From Macrostomum lignano (lineage: Eukaryota): a stretch of 64,000 bases of DNA. Below, piece by piece: positions 33,950-47,529 of the stretch (position 1 is the first letter of the stretch; every line of letters begins with the position of its first letter). The stretch is from assembly GCA_002269645.1 (NCBI GenBank), contig NIVC01000140.1, positions 1 through 64,000 of the forward strand, written 5' to 3'. Made by a program: the position numbers and the translations under genes. The notes beneath the pieces are model-generated. The model was given only the letters and a program-made list of their open reading frames with translations. It searched no databases and was not told the origin of the DNA.

Positions 33950-36900
33950 TTTGGCGACGGCCGGCCCTGCGGTGCATCGGCGGTGCGCCGCTTCCGTCGG
34001 ATGCCGTCGTCGATAAGCAGCGCGCCGCGGCTGAAGTCAGACATGATGTCGTCCAGGGCGCCGTCCTCAATGGTGCGGGTGTGCTTGCGGGCCTTCCGCC
34101 GGCCCGCCTCCTCCTGCTGCTTGCGCTGAAATTGCAGAGGTGACAAAAGCGAGTGAAGAACCAACCCATGTCTCGGAACTTGAACCCGTCGAGGACTCGG
34201 GTGGCTTCACATTTAGCGTGTATTTAGGTTACTTTTTCACCGCCTTGAGAGTCTCAAAGGCCCATCGACTACTGATGAGACAGAAATCAATATAAAATTC
34301 AAGCAGCTGCAAGTGCTGTGTAAAAACATTTCTAGGCGGAAAACCCTTGGTAAAAATGGCATTCACACTGCTAAGGCTTAGATCATCAAGCCAATAAAAT
34401 ATGCGAGATGGCAGGTCTGCGATTGAAGAATCTGGGCAGACTAGCCCGAGAATGAAGCCAGGAACTCAATCCCAAATTGGAAGCTTACTGAATGCGCAGC
34501 CACCCGCGGATAGACATGCGCTTTTAGAAGTAAATAAATCACGGCAATTATTTGCAGCTGAAAAAAGCAATTTGCGAACCAAGCCGGTGATTCAGCAGCC
34601 CAGCTGACTGACAGCTAAGCAGTCCGCCAGCAGCGCCGCAACTGAAGTGTCGCAAAGTTTAGGCAGAAGCCCCGCCGCGATCCGCTCGTCAGCTGCTTTT
34701 CTGCCTACGCAGTTTTGGAATTTCCTACAGTGCTTCTCTGGATCTGGATTACCAGCCATCCGACCTGCACATGCTGCGCTTCTCGACCTTCTCCTTCAAT
34801 GCATCTTAGCGAGAAACAACTGTTTCTAAACTCTTGAGCTGCACAACGCCTCATCAGCCTCCTGGTCTTCTATGCTTTATGAAGACATGCCTTATTCCCT
34901 GCTGATGCCATAGAGACTGCCTCATTCCCTGCTGTTTCCATGGAGACTGCCTCATTCCCTGCTGTTTCCATGGAGACTGCCTCATTCCCTGCCGATCCCA
35001 TGGAGACTGCCTCATTCCCTGCCGATCCCATGGAGACTGACTCATTCCCTGTTGATGCCATAGAGACTGCCTCATTCCCTGCTGTTTCCATGGAGACTGC
35101 CTCATTCCCTGCTGTTTTCATGGAGACTGCTTCATTCCCTGCTGTTTCCATGGAGACTGCCTCATTCCCTGCCGATCCCATGGAGACTGCCTCATTCCCT
35201 GCCGATCCCATGGAGACTGACTCATTCCCTGTTGATGCCATAGAGACTGCCTCATTCCCTGCTGTTTCCATGGAGACTGCCTCATTCCCTGCTGTTTCCA
35301 TGGAGACTGCCTCATTCCCTGCCGATCCCATGGAGACTGCCTCATTCCCTGCTGATCCCATGGAGACTGCCTCATTCCCTGCCGATCCCATGGAGACTGC
35401 CTCATTCCCTGCCGATCCCATGGAGACTGCCTCATTCCCTGCTGATCCCATGGAGACTGCCTCATTCCCTGCCGATCCCATGGAGACTGCCTCATTCCCT
35501 GCTGTTTCCATGGAGACTGCCTCATTCCCTGCCGATCCCATGGAGACTGCCTCATTCCCTGTCGATCCCATGGAGACTGACTCATTCCCTGTTGATGCCA
35601 TAGAGACTGCCTCATTCCCTGCTGTTTTCATGGAGACTGCCTCATTCCCTGCTGTTTTCATGGAGACTGCCTCATTCCCTGCTGTTTCCATGGAGACTGC
35701 CTCATTCCCTGCCGATCCCATGGAGACTGCCTCATTCCCTGCTGATCCCATAGAGACTGCCTCATTCCCTGCCGATCCCATGGAGACTGACTCATTCCCT
35801 GCTGATCCCATAGAGACTGACTTATTCCCTGCTGATGCCATGGAGACTGCCTCATTCCCTGCCGATCCCATAGAGACTGACTCATTCCCTGTTGATGCCA
35901 TAGAGACTGCCTCATTCCCTGCTGTTTTCATGGAGACTGACTCATTCCCTGCTGCTTCCATGGAGACTGCCTCATTCCCTGCCGATCCCATGGAGACTGC
36001 CTCATTCCCTGCCGATCCCATGGAGACTGCCTCATTCCCTGCCGATCCCATGGAGACTGACTCATTCCCTGCTGATCCCATAGAGACTGACTCATTCCCT
36101 GCTGATGCCATAGAGACTGCCTCATTCCCTGCCGATCCCATGGAGACTGCCTCATTCCCTGCCGATCCCATGGAGACTGACTCATTCCCTGCTGATCCCA
36201 TAGAGACTGACTCATTCCCTGCTGATGCCATAGAGACTGCCTCATTCCCTGCCGATCCCATGGAGACTGCCTCATTCCCTGCCGATCCCATGGAGACTGC
36301 CTCATTCCCTGTTGATGCCATAGAGACTGCCTCATTCCCTGCCGATCCCATGGAGACTGCCTCATTCCCTGCTGTTTCCATGGAGACTGCCTCATTCCCT
36401 GCCGATCCCATGGAGACTGCCTCATTCCCTGTTGATGCCATAGAGACTGCCTCATTCCCTGCCGATCCCATGGAGACTGCCTCATTCCCTGCTGTTTCCA
36501 TGGAGACTGCCTCACTCCCTGCTGATCCCATGGAGACTGACTCATTCCCTGCCGATCCCATGGAGACTGCCTCATTCCCTGCTGATCCCATGGAGACTGC
36601 CTCATTCCCTGCCGATCCCATGAGTCACAGCCAGATGCGCGACTTACCTTGGAGCTCTGCTGCCGCTCATCGCCGCCCTCCCGCTGAGCCGCAATGAGCC
36701 GGCGCTGCTCATTCTCGGTGCGGGCGCGCCGCACATCCACCTGAAAGCGGTGCAGCACGCCAAAGAAGGCGTCAGAAGTTACCAGCTGAGTGCCCTCGCC
36801 GAAGCGGGATTTGGCCAGGTTGAAGCACTCCTCCGCAGTGCGCAAGTCAGTCTTTATCCGCTCCGCCTTGTCTTTATGCGCTTCGTAGAACTCGCGCAGT

Positions 36901-39900
36901 CGAGCGTTGTCGGGCAGATCTGAGCTGAGAGAGCGGATGAGCTCCATGCCCGCCAGCAGCTGAACAACGTCCGCCTTAACATTGTCCAAGTTCACGGCAG
37001 CGGCCTTCTCCACGTACCTGCATATAGCAAAGAGAAAGCTGCTGGGTCAGCACAGGTGTTTAATAGCTAGCTATTCAAAGGTACAGGCTACTTAAGAGCT
37101 CCTCCTATAAGAGCTCACCTACGAAACGTTAACTTCTTTTCTAGACTTTTTCAAAAGAAGATAAAATGCTGGGAATGTCTAAATTGAATAGCCGGTGTTT
37201 AAACAGCAGCTTCACAGCTGCTGATGAAAAGTTACCTATCGAGCAAAATTCTTACTAACAATAAACTAAATTTGAACGTACGACTCGTATGTTCCACCAA
37301 AAGTTGAAAGCCGCTCTAGTCGCAGTTTAAAGGTAGGAAATGCAGACTAAAACCTAAATTATGCCTTTAGCAAGCGGCTTATAAAGTTCAAACAGCGCAC
37401 CTGAGGTCAGACTCAAAGGTGGCCACATCTGGGAACTGCTGGTCGATAAGGTCAACCAGGTAGTGCAGCAGCGTCCACTTCTTGTCCCCGGACTTGGTGT
37501 CGGGCAGCATGGACAGACTGGACAGTCGGAATCCATAGGCCACGCCCCGCTTGTGGCTGTTCAGGTAGTTGCCCAGCGTGAGCAGCAGCTCCAGCAGCCG
37601 CTTGAACTTGGCGGACTTCTCCAGGTTCATAGAGGCCGTAATGACGTAACGAAGCGGCGACTCCACGCCGTGCAGCACCTCTTCGAACTGCCCCATGTAA
37701 CGGAGAGCCTGCAGGCGGCGCTCCAGGCCTTCGACGCGGCAGAGGCGGATCAGCAGCTGGTCCAGCTCGTGCAGCTCGCTCACGCTCCGACCTTCAACGA
37801 ACTCGTACTGCCTGTAGGCCTGCAAAATCAACGGTGTATAACAGTGGTCAAAAAGTCAACATAAGTAGTGACCTACGACTATGTTGAGTAAACCTTTACT
37901 TGGCTTCTGCGCGCCAGACGAATTATAGACAAAATTACGAGCGACAATTCGGCTTTGCACTGGACTCACCTGCAGCTCCTCGGCAGTTGGCACGCCCTGC
38001 CTAAGCAGAATCTCGGCCAGCTCAGTGGGCACCGCGGCCGGATCCAAACTGTCCAAAGCGGCAACGAGGCGGTCGGGACTGAGACGAAGAGCATCGAGCT
38101 TGTGGCGCAGGATGGCGACGCTGCGCAGGCGGTCGTGGCTGAGGAGGGTCGGCTTGTCCTTCCGCATGCGGGCCAGTGGGTCGTCCGTGGAGTCTCCGTC
38201 GCCCCCGGTAGAGGCTGCAGAAGTGGCGGCAGCGGCGGCCAGCTTAAACTTTTCCTCGAAGTCGTCGCAGTCGAGGCCCTGGCGGACCCGGTCAGGCTGC
38301 ATGTCCATAAAGATGGTGCCGCGGCACTGGTTAGGGGGCAGCACCGTCCAGTTGAACAGGGGCAGGCGGTGTTTCGGAATCACCGCGTCCTTCAGGTTCA
38401 GCCCAGCTGGACCTCCCAGCGACACTGGTGGCGGTGGCGGCGGTGGGGGAGGAGGCACCCCAGCTGGCGGCGGGGGAGGCGGCGGAGGGGGCGGAGCCGG
38501 CGCTGGGACGGCGGGTGCAGCTGGTTGCGGGACAGGCAGTGATGGCACTGATGCAGCAGCAGCAGCAGCGGCAGTCGAGGCGTCTTTGGCAGCTTGCAGC
38601 TCCTCCTTTGTGCGGACGAGCTCGGCCTCCGAGTCACGCAGGCGGCGGCTCATCTCGTCCAGCAGGCGGTCCACCTCCGACTCGCGATCCGAAGCAGTCT
38701 GGCTGGCCTGCCGCAGGCTGTGCCGCATGCGGGCGAGAGCAGCATCCTTCTCCTGGCGCAGGCTGGAGCACTCGGCTTCGGAACGCTGCAGGCGCTGGCC
38801 CAGCTCGGCCATGCGGGCCACAGACTCGTCCTCCAAACGCCGGAGTCTGGCCTGCACAGAGTACAGCTCGTCCTCCAGACTCACCGCCCGGGACACCGCG
38901 GCCTGCTTGGCTAGAGAGTCGTGATACAGGCTCACAATGTCTATGGTGTTGTCAGCAATGGCCTCGAGCTGACTGTTGAGCCGGCAGTCTTCGTATTTGC
39001 CCTGCAGGCTGTGCAAAAAATCCTCCAGGCCCAGCTGGGCAAACTCAGCTTGGAGGAAGACCCGCAGACCCAGCTGCTCATTGTTGATGTTCTGTACAAC
39101 ATTGACGAACCTGGCACAGCTGATCATGAACTCAATGCTGTACTGCTCAGGCGGCAGACTGTCGTGATGCCTGAAGTAGGCCATGAGGGTCTCCCACCGC
39201 CTGGCCTCCCCGATCCGCTCCTTCAGGCAGTCGAAGGCCTCCAGCACCCTGGCGTGCATGCCATCAAGCATACAGAGCGCAGCCAGCAGCTCCAGCGCGA
39301 AAGTTTTGGTGCTATACCTGGGGTGCAGCAGACACTGAACGATGATGCTCACGGCGGCGCTGTCCTGGAAGGTCCGCTCGCAGGCGCGCTGGTTGTTGAA
39401 GAAGACCCGCATGCACTTGATGCCGTTGTGCAGGTCGCCCAGCAGAGCCTCGTCGCCTTCTCCTGCCCTGGACGGCGGCTGCCGCTGCCGCTTAGCCGAC
39501 CTCTTTGCGCTGCCGCCACCGGCCACCGGAGTGCCGGTGTTGCTGCTGGCGGTGGGACGGCGGCCCGACAAACTGCCGTTTGCCTGCTCCTCGGCGCTGC
39601 GTGGCCGGAATAATAATGAGCTCATCGGAATGTTGATAGCAATACTTGCCCAGCTACAGCTAATGCAGATCCAATGGGCAATCAACGTAAACGAGCTAAT
39701 TCAATTACTTCAATGCTAAGACCTCCAGCTCACCTTATGAGATCATCAAGCGTTTTGCCAAGGTACTCGATCAGCAGCTCCAGGCCTCCTTCTTCCAGGA
39801 ATTCTTCAAGCCATCTACGGTGAAAATGGAAAGGCTCGGACTAACGCTAAATTTATCATTTGCAGCCGGTTTAGCTTCAGCGTACTGACTGCACTTTATG

Positions 39901-40360
39901 GAATCAAAGCTGGGGACTTGTGTACGTGTGCGTACGTCAAAGGCCAATTACTCTCAGGGATAACTTACTCGACAGTATAAGTTCTGAGGCTATTCTCCAG
40001 GCTCTTCAGCAGGTCGCTCTTCTCCAGAGTCCCGGTCCCTGTGCTAGCTCCAACGCCTCTGCTGTGTCGCAGGCTGCGCAGGTGAGTGACATAATACCTG
40101 ACTGAGAAGTTGGTCTGAGACAGTCCCGGCCGCTTGGATGTGATCCAGTTCTGCAGGGCCTGGACCTTCTTGTCCGTGTCCAGAGCGGCCATGTCCCTGG
40201 CCCGGTCGGCGGTGATGTCCATGTCCTTGATGAACTGCGGCCACAGCTCCTCGATTTGCCTCTCCGATAGCTGTGCTGTCTGTGGCTGCAGCTGATGGGC
40301 AGATTTCAGACCGCGGCCCCGCGAGGAGCTCGGGGTGTCCTTGGAGTTGGCGCAGCCCAT
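33928..40360 (-). CDS. FMNL: Formin-like protein (FMNL-type: GBD/FH3-FH1-FH2-DAD), 6 exons, about 1028 aa
   Basis: Exons 40360-39969, 39814-39734, 39596-37970, 37819-37401, 37017-36648 and 34125-33928 sum to 3087 nt with consistent phases. N-terminal MGCANS (Gly2 myristoylation as in FMNLs); WLEEFL..GLELLIEYL; polyproline FH1; FH2 motifs LPLFNW, LGNYLN, AYGFRLSSL, DTKS..TLLHYLV; DAD-like DGALDDIMSD. Confidence 0.9.
34889..36622. repeat. 30-bp minisatellite (catggagactgcctcattccctgccgatcc), about 58 copies, filling formin intron 5
   Basis: Exact 30-bp periodicity; the 583- and 585-aa ORFs are artifacts. Confidence 0.97.
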
Positions 40361-42167
40361 TGCGGGGCTCCTGGTAGCTGCTGCTGCTGCTCAGGCGTGC
40401 TGCACTGACAAAATCAGCATGGGTGGCAGCAGCCTGCAGCACATGAATTGATTGCAAGTTGGTCAGCTTTGCTTTTTTACTTCATAATCTTTTTCAGTAT
40501 TTACTTGAAAACCAATGCTTGTTTAGGCTAAATAGCACACTGTGACCATATTTCAAGACAATTCATCATGGGCATATATGAAAATAAGACTATGTACGAA
40601 AATCTACTGCAAAAACAATATTAGTACAACCAGAAATTTGTTGTGAGGGGGGCAGATTCTGGAAGATAAATGCCACAATGGAAGGGGGCAAAGGGAATGG
40701 CTCTGAAGTTTGGCGAAAATGTCCTTTGATTTTTTCAGGTCTCCACCAAGGGGGGTGGCTGCTTGTTTGCCCCCCTTTAGTTGTACCACTAAAAACAAAA
40801 ACCTTTCTTAGAAAACTCACTTGCAAAGTTGATTGACTTTGTTCAATAAGTCTATAATAGCAGCCTGGACAGCTGCCCCAAGTTTGCAGAAGATATGCAC
40901 CCACAGGTTTTAGGGAATTGTTACCTTTTTTTGGCATACATTGGTGTATATTTAGCTAAGATGGGATTTGTGTTTAAGCATCTTATAGTATGATCTAATG
41001 CAGAATTTAAGCAGGAAAAGATACAAAAAATAGACGAATAGCATTTTGCTCTTTTTTGCACCACCACTTTACGTTTACCTACCTCTATGCATTGCCTTTC
41101 TAGCCTTGCCTCTAGGAGTGTCTTTAAAGACTCTGCCATCATCAACAACTTGTCTACATGAGGCATGATGCATGAGGTTACTATTTTTCATAAATTATGA
41201 TGCATTAGAATGCTTCCAACATGTATCATTGATATCATACATGCGCAACTTTGGGAATCACCCAGCCATTTCTATTGGCAACACACACACATGTAAGTCG
41301 CTATTGGACAGAATAGTATTTGAATAGAAATGGCCAAGTGAATCCCAAGGTGGCGCCCAAGCATGATTGATTTTGTACTGTTTTTCTAGCAGTTTGTCTA
41401 GTTTGTCTAGCAGTTCTTGCATTCTCTTGCAACTGGCAAGAGAATGCAAGAATGCAAGAGAATGCAAGACAAGAGAATGGGAAAAATCTAGCCCAACAAA
41501 CTATTAATTCTTTCTATTTTACTGTTATCATTTTAGCACTCTTTTCTCTGTTATATTTCAATTTTAGTACACCTAGGTCTAAGCTGATTTGATAGTCATA
41601 CTTTATAATAAAAGGTAGATATATGAAATGCATGTGACACTCAGATCTGGTTTATATATTATTGAAATACAAGTGGATTGATAGACTATCTCACAGTCAT
41701 GACAAAACCAGTTAGTCTGGTGTGTGTTTACTGTTAAACTGTTAAAAAAACAATATTCCTAGCTGCTAAAAAATAACAAAATTGCCCAAAAGGCCTAATT
41801 TAATACTAGCCAAAAAAAAACTAGACAATAATGGATACAATTTGGTAAAAAAGTTTATACTACAAAGTTAATATATAGAAAATTTGCAAAACAATGACAT
41901 ACTTCATACTATTATAACTTATATACAAGCTAAGATATATCCCCTTAAAGTTGACCATGCAATCAAAATTGATCAATTAATATTTAACCCTGAATTATAA
42001 CTTAAATAGCACAAGATGCTCAAAAGGCATCATTATATACACTCTGGTACTATCAAAATTTAGCCAAAAATGCAAAAAAATGGACACCTTTGTCACAAAA
42101 ATTGATTTAAGGACAAAAAATTACGAAACTTTATAGAAAAAATGCTGATTTTTAGACCAAAATGATC

Positions 42168-42351
42168 AAGGGAAAAGAGCAACTACCTACTCACCCTCCT
42201 GATTATACCATTAAATAAGCTAAGGCTAAGAGATTTTAGACTTACCATGCGCACAACTTTAAGGGAAAAGAGCAACTACCTACTCACCCTCCTGATTATA
42301 CCATTAAATAAGCTAAGGCTAAGAGATTTTAGACTTACCATGGGCACAACC
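42168..42351. repeat. 93-bp tandem duplication (2 copies)
   Basis: aagggaaaagagcaactacc...cttaccatg begins at 42168 and 42261. Confidence 0.9.
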
Positions 42352-44539
42352 TAGCATACTAATGCATTTTGGCTAGTATGCACTATATCTAGTGCATAAT
42401 CAAAAAAATATTGGCTAACTTCTAATATATTTATAGTATGATAACTATATATGTAACAACCAAAGTATATTGGTAAAGGCCTAATAAAATAATTGTTTTT
42501 AGAATTGAATATAGTATCCCTATAAATAAGAAACATATCAATTGCACTTAGGCCCCTATATATCCATTTGAATAATTATACTAATATTAGATTAGGCCTA
42601 ACTAGGCCTATGGCTATACTAAGTCATTTTCTCTACTTTTTAGATAGAGCCAACTTGTCTACAAATTGACAAGCTGGCAGCAAATGAAGTAGGCCTAACT
42701 GAAATCTGATCCTGAGTATGGGAATAGGCCTAAGTTAGGCCTATCTAAAAAATTAGGCCTAGAAACCTAAATTTTATCTAGGATTCTTGAATAATATGTG
42801 TAATGTGTAATAAAATACTTACTATGGACTAGTTGATCAATAATAATATTATATCTCTGATAGCCAATAGAAATTAGATTTTATAGGGAATAGGCTCTCA
42901 ATTTTTCTCTATTTTACATTGCTTAAATTAAATCAATTTAGCCTTATTTAGGACTAAAATAATGACTGAATTTATCAATGAACTCTCCATTAAAGCTACT
43001 TGAAGGATCACTTACAACTACTTCTTTAGGCCCATTGTTGCTGGATTCTTCCTAAATGCCCAAAAATAAAAATTAGTCCTAAGCAAATAGGCCTAATTTA
43101 ACATAATTGGCAAAAGTTGTTGAGTATGATGCGGCAAATGAACAACAAAACAACACAAAACAAAACAACAAAAGCATGCATGCATATATTTAAATGATTG
43201 AAATTACCGACTGAAATTACTGAAAATTATTTGTGATATTGTCTATCAGTTGACGGATACTGATAGCGTTAACCGTTAATTATGGACATGGCAATCATAG
43301 ACAGTATGACGAGGCAACCGCCGAGCGGTCGAAGCGGTGCAGGATGATGATTCATACATCTTGGAAACCAATACACGAATTTAAACTAGCAAAAAAATAA
43401 AAACAAACCTTAGTTCTTTGTACATACTGTATTCATGATTTGTAGTATCGATTAAAGTATCATTTTAGTTGTAAAGCAAAAAATATTTTTACAGCGTATT
43501 GATGAATTGATTTATTTGTATTCCATCCATCCACTTACACTAAATTCGTTGTATTGTGTTATTGACAAACTTATCATACCTTGTTGCAATTAATTGGGTT
43601 GAGCCAAACTGCAAAACCTTTCGTTCTCAAGGAAAACTGAAGTTACTAATTTATTCTAATTTAACATGACCTTGGTAAATTGACTTATCACTTATCAGAG
43701 ATGACAATTCAAGCGACCGTTTAAACACGGATACATTTATATAAATCTGCGTGGATTTTTAGAGAGCACTTTATGTTTGGAAAACTCCCCACCGTCGATG
43801 AAACAGAACTTTATTGAATTTTGTGTTGGGAAAACAACTGCGAAATCAACAGGAATCAATTGTTGCATGCTTTCCAGCTGTGACCTGTGCTAGCCCATAT
43901 ACTGTGCACACTCAGCGAGGTGATCTCACCTAATGCTAGAAATTCAGACGCTGTGCAATAATCTACTTGAAGTATTCTGTCCTGTTTAATTTCCTGTCTT
44001 TTCGCGGCAGTGGCAGAAATTCCGCGGCGTTAATGACTGATGAAACATACGAGCTAGATATATAGCGACTTTCAAGACATTCGTTGAAAATAGATACGAG
44101 CTAACAATCGAAAGCGCCTTTGCGCCCCGCACGAAACAAAGTTACCGATCACAGCTCGCGTCCTGCGCAATTTCCAGCACTTTAATTCGGCGCAAGCGCA
44201 TGCAACCGGTACACGTGGTCAGGTACCTGCTGGCCGAGTTGTCCACGCAGCTGTCAGTGTTTCAGAGTTACTAGGCGTACGCGAACGCGGTCTCGCTTCA
44301 CTTCAGAGCCCTCGGTCGGCCAGACATGTGTGAACCACCGATGGTCAAGCTGTTCGTGGTATTCGCCGATGTCTCAACTGGCAGCAGCGCTCTTATTAGA
44401 GCCGCAGATCTCAAGCTGCAACCAAAAATCGAAGTGACATCGCGTTCTGTGCAGTTCTCGCAGCCTGGCGGAGTATGCTGCGGAAAGCGAAGGTGACGAC
44501 AAGCAAAATTAAGAACGTGAGCGCTAGCATTTTATATGC

Positions 44540-44579
44540 GACATGTTTCGCCTCGCGTCTGGCATCGTCAGGTTCTTAA
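44540..44579 (-). ncRNA. Hammerhead ribozyme core (minus-strand copy, family 2)
   Basis: Reverse complement reads ttaagaac CUGACGA U GCC agacgcga GGC GAAA CAUG UC, identical to the plus copy. Helix I is non-canonical. Confidence 0.55.
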
Positions 44580-44621
44580 AATTGAGTTACGATTTTTTCG
44601 TTTATTACTTATTTTCTAAAT

Positions 44622-47417
44622 GGCCCCCGATCAAAAAAAGTTGGCTTAATTATGTCTTAAAGATGTCTTGCATAAGACAGAAAGATGTCTTCAAGACATC
44701 TTACAATTGACTTAATTCGGTCTAAAAATTGGCTCCTTGCAACACTTGTAGACAACTTAGAGATAACTTAAAGACGTCTTCAGACATCTTCAAGACATCT
44801 TAAAATCTACTTAAAGACATCTTCCAGATGACTTGCAGAAGACGTCTTGCCCAAGATCATTTAAGAAATGCTGTTTCCATTGCAATCACAGTTGTTTAAA
44901 AGAAAAATGACTAAAAATATTACAGCACTCTTTTGTTTCGTTTCAGGCAATATTGATATGAAAGAGAAGCTATTTAGTAGGCTTCTAAACATGGTTCAAT
45001 GTAATTTATTATTTATGATTTATATTTTCATTTTATAAAAGGCACAGTTTAAAAGTCACAGAAGCAATAAAATGGTGAATCAAAAACAAGTTAAAATACA
45101 CTAAATAAAAATGCAAAAATACTCAAGTCACAAGTGCAAGTGTATAATTTTATAATGCATCATACCCAGTCATTGCATGGAAATACTTGGTTAATGCAAT
45201 AATGACTAAGTTGCTCATTGCTTGGTGGAAAACTTGCTGTAAATTGATCCTTTGCTAGCCAACTACTAGTTTAGAATTGGCTCAATCCAGGAAGATTCAA
45301 GATCCAGGTTAGCTTCCACTATGATGGATAGCATGTGTTGATAAGGCTGAAAAGGATAAGTTTAATAAAGGTTATAGTTTATAGGTTGTTAGGCTGAAAT
45401 AATTTGAAATTCATAAGTAAAAACAATAAATAATAAATAATAGATTATTTTACTAATATACTTTAAAAATCTAATAAATAAATTGCCTAGGCCCCTACTA
45501 TATATTCACACAAGTGTATTATACAATAACTTTGCCTTAGGCTTAAATACATAGGCTAAAGCTTAGGGCCTAATCTCAAAGCAAAATAAAAAGATTAGAA
45601 TATCAATTTTATATAAAACTTCTAGGCATACCAACTCTATTTATTCTCTATTAGGCCTAATCCAATTTTTGAATGTGATATAGGCCTAATAATAAATTAT
45701 AAGGCTATATCTATTTCTTATTTAAATTTTCATTGGCCTAGCCAAGAAAAAAGCACTAATGACTAGGCCTAATATTCAAAATATTGATATATTGAAAACA
45801 TCATATATATGCCATTAGCCAATAATAAAGGCAAAGAGGAAGCAACATATAAAGGCCTATAGGCCAAGGTTTTCTTTTTTGCCAGAGACAAGGTACAAAA
45901 GTGCATTCTATACTCATTTTTATAGTGCAATTTTAAGGCTCAAAGTGCAATTTTTTATTTTTCTTATTTTAGGGCAATGCAAATGAGGCTTCAAGTTTAA
46001 CAGAAAAACAGGTTATAAGACTGTCCCTAAATTGCAATTTTCAATTTCTGGGTGCAATTTTAAATTAAAAGTGCATATACACACTCTACATATAAAAAAA
46101 TAAACCTAGCTATAGGCTCATGGAAATTATTTATTACTTTTGACATAAAAATCAAAACAAAAACTATTTAGGCCTAAGGAAGAAGCTAGGGCCTATCTAA
46201 GGCTAAGAGGCCTACAACAGAACAAAATAGCCTAATAAGCCAATTCAACAACTATAAAACTTTGACTTTAAAAAGCCAGAAGTAAATAAAACATATATTT
46301 TTAGTTTTAGGCCTAGTACATGGGCCTCTAGTTAATGCCTGAATCTTTTAAGGCCTAACTTAAAATGTAAACATGACTATGCATTAGTTAACTAGTGCTT
46401 ACTAGTGCTAGGCATAGCAATAGATATGCAGTAGGCCTAACTAAAAAAACATTGCATCCAAGGTCCAATTTAAAATAGTAATTTTTAAGTCAGGATGTTA
46501 CATAGCATCCCTATTGCCTATTGCATAAAAACATTTCTGGCCAATCTGGGTTTTTTGCTGGCACCTGGCACTAGAATATGAAATACAATCCTAGAAGCTT
46601 CCAAGGAAGAATTAGTAAAAAATACTACTAAGAAGGTCTAATTTGAGGATAGTAGATGTATCATCACGAATAGTAATACACTATCGCATTAAGTAAAGAT
46701 AAATCTAGGGTAGGGCTTACACCAGAAATCTATATAGGCTATAGCAGCCAATTAAAAATTGAAACTTATCACAAAAGATAGAAGCAAGTGTTCGACAATT
46801 AGGCGGCCTTCGCGGTCACGAGGTTGTCTTTTAGTCCTTTTTAAAAATGTCGTTCCGCCATATTGATTTTAGCTAATTTTAACAAAAGCATCACCGATAT
46901 ATATTGCAACTTTGTCTTTTTTAATGCTTAGCTGTTTAGAATTTTGTAAATATATTGGCTCCAATCAAAACTGTTGTAGTTAAACTTTGTCTCAAAGTTT
47001 GTAACGACTCAATACAAAAAATTGCATATAATTGCACTCCAAAAGCGTAAAGGATTTTTAATAATAGGCACACCTTCCACAGAGTACAATACAACAAAAT
47101 TTTTAGATAAATGTCACAATAGTTGCTTGTTTTATTTTTTATTGATTTTTACGATCTGGATAAATTTGTATCTAAAACTTCCTACTTACAGTAGAAACAG
47201 TTGTTTATGTAAATTTTTAGTCTTTAAGGTGATGTCTTAAAGATGTCTTCAACAAGACATCTCATAAAAGTCAATTTCAAGTCATCTTCAAGACAACTTT
47301 ATCAAGATAGCTTGTGGAAGCAAAGTGGAAGATATCTTTAAATTGTCTTGAGGTGTCTTTAGCCATCTTAAGACAATTCTAAGACGTCTTAAGACAACTT
47401 CTTTTTGATCGGGGGCC
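44622..47417. mobile_element. 2.8-kb non-coding TIR element nested in the hammerhead palindrome
   Basis: 16-bp perfect TIR ggcccccgatcaaaaa; clustered subterminal aagayrtctt palindromes at both ends; AT-rich interior with no long ORF; no clear TSD. Confidence 0.75.
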
Positions 47418-47489
47418 GGTATTTATAAGTAACTAAATTGTGTAAATTGCTAAATATAAGTAAATAAGCAAATAGATCGCAACTAAATA

Positions 47490-47529
47490 TTAAGAACCTG
47501 ACGATGCCAGACGCGAGGCGAAACATGTC
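47490..47529 (+). ncRNA. Hammerhead ribozyme core (plus-strand copy, family 2)
   Basis: CUGACGA 47498-47504, extra U, helix II GCC/GGC, GAAA 47520-47523, palindromic ACAUGU helix III, GUC triplet ending at 47529. The helix I partner gttcttaa lies 26 nt downstream (47556-47563). Confidence 0.55.

Noticed and set aside
34854-36697. 583/585-aa repeat ORFs, and the repeat tail fused to the formin FH2 ORF
   Set aside because: A strong donor (AAG|gtaagt at 36647) removes the array as an intron, and the DAD exon resumes in phase at 34125.
37955-39719. Plus-strand ORFs of 100-300 aa opposite formin (similar ones lie opposite VWA8, the CNT exons and the retrotransposon)
   Set aside because: Antisense shadows of GC-rich coding sequence; no recognisable domains.
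40600-43900. Short ORFs and possible element termini in the AT-rich intergenic region
   Set aside because: No recognisable domain, TIR pair or TSD could be established.
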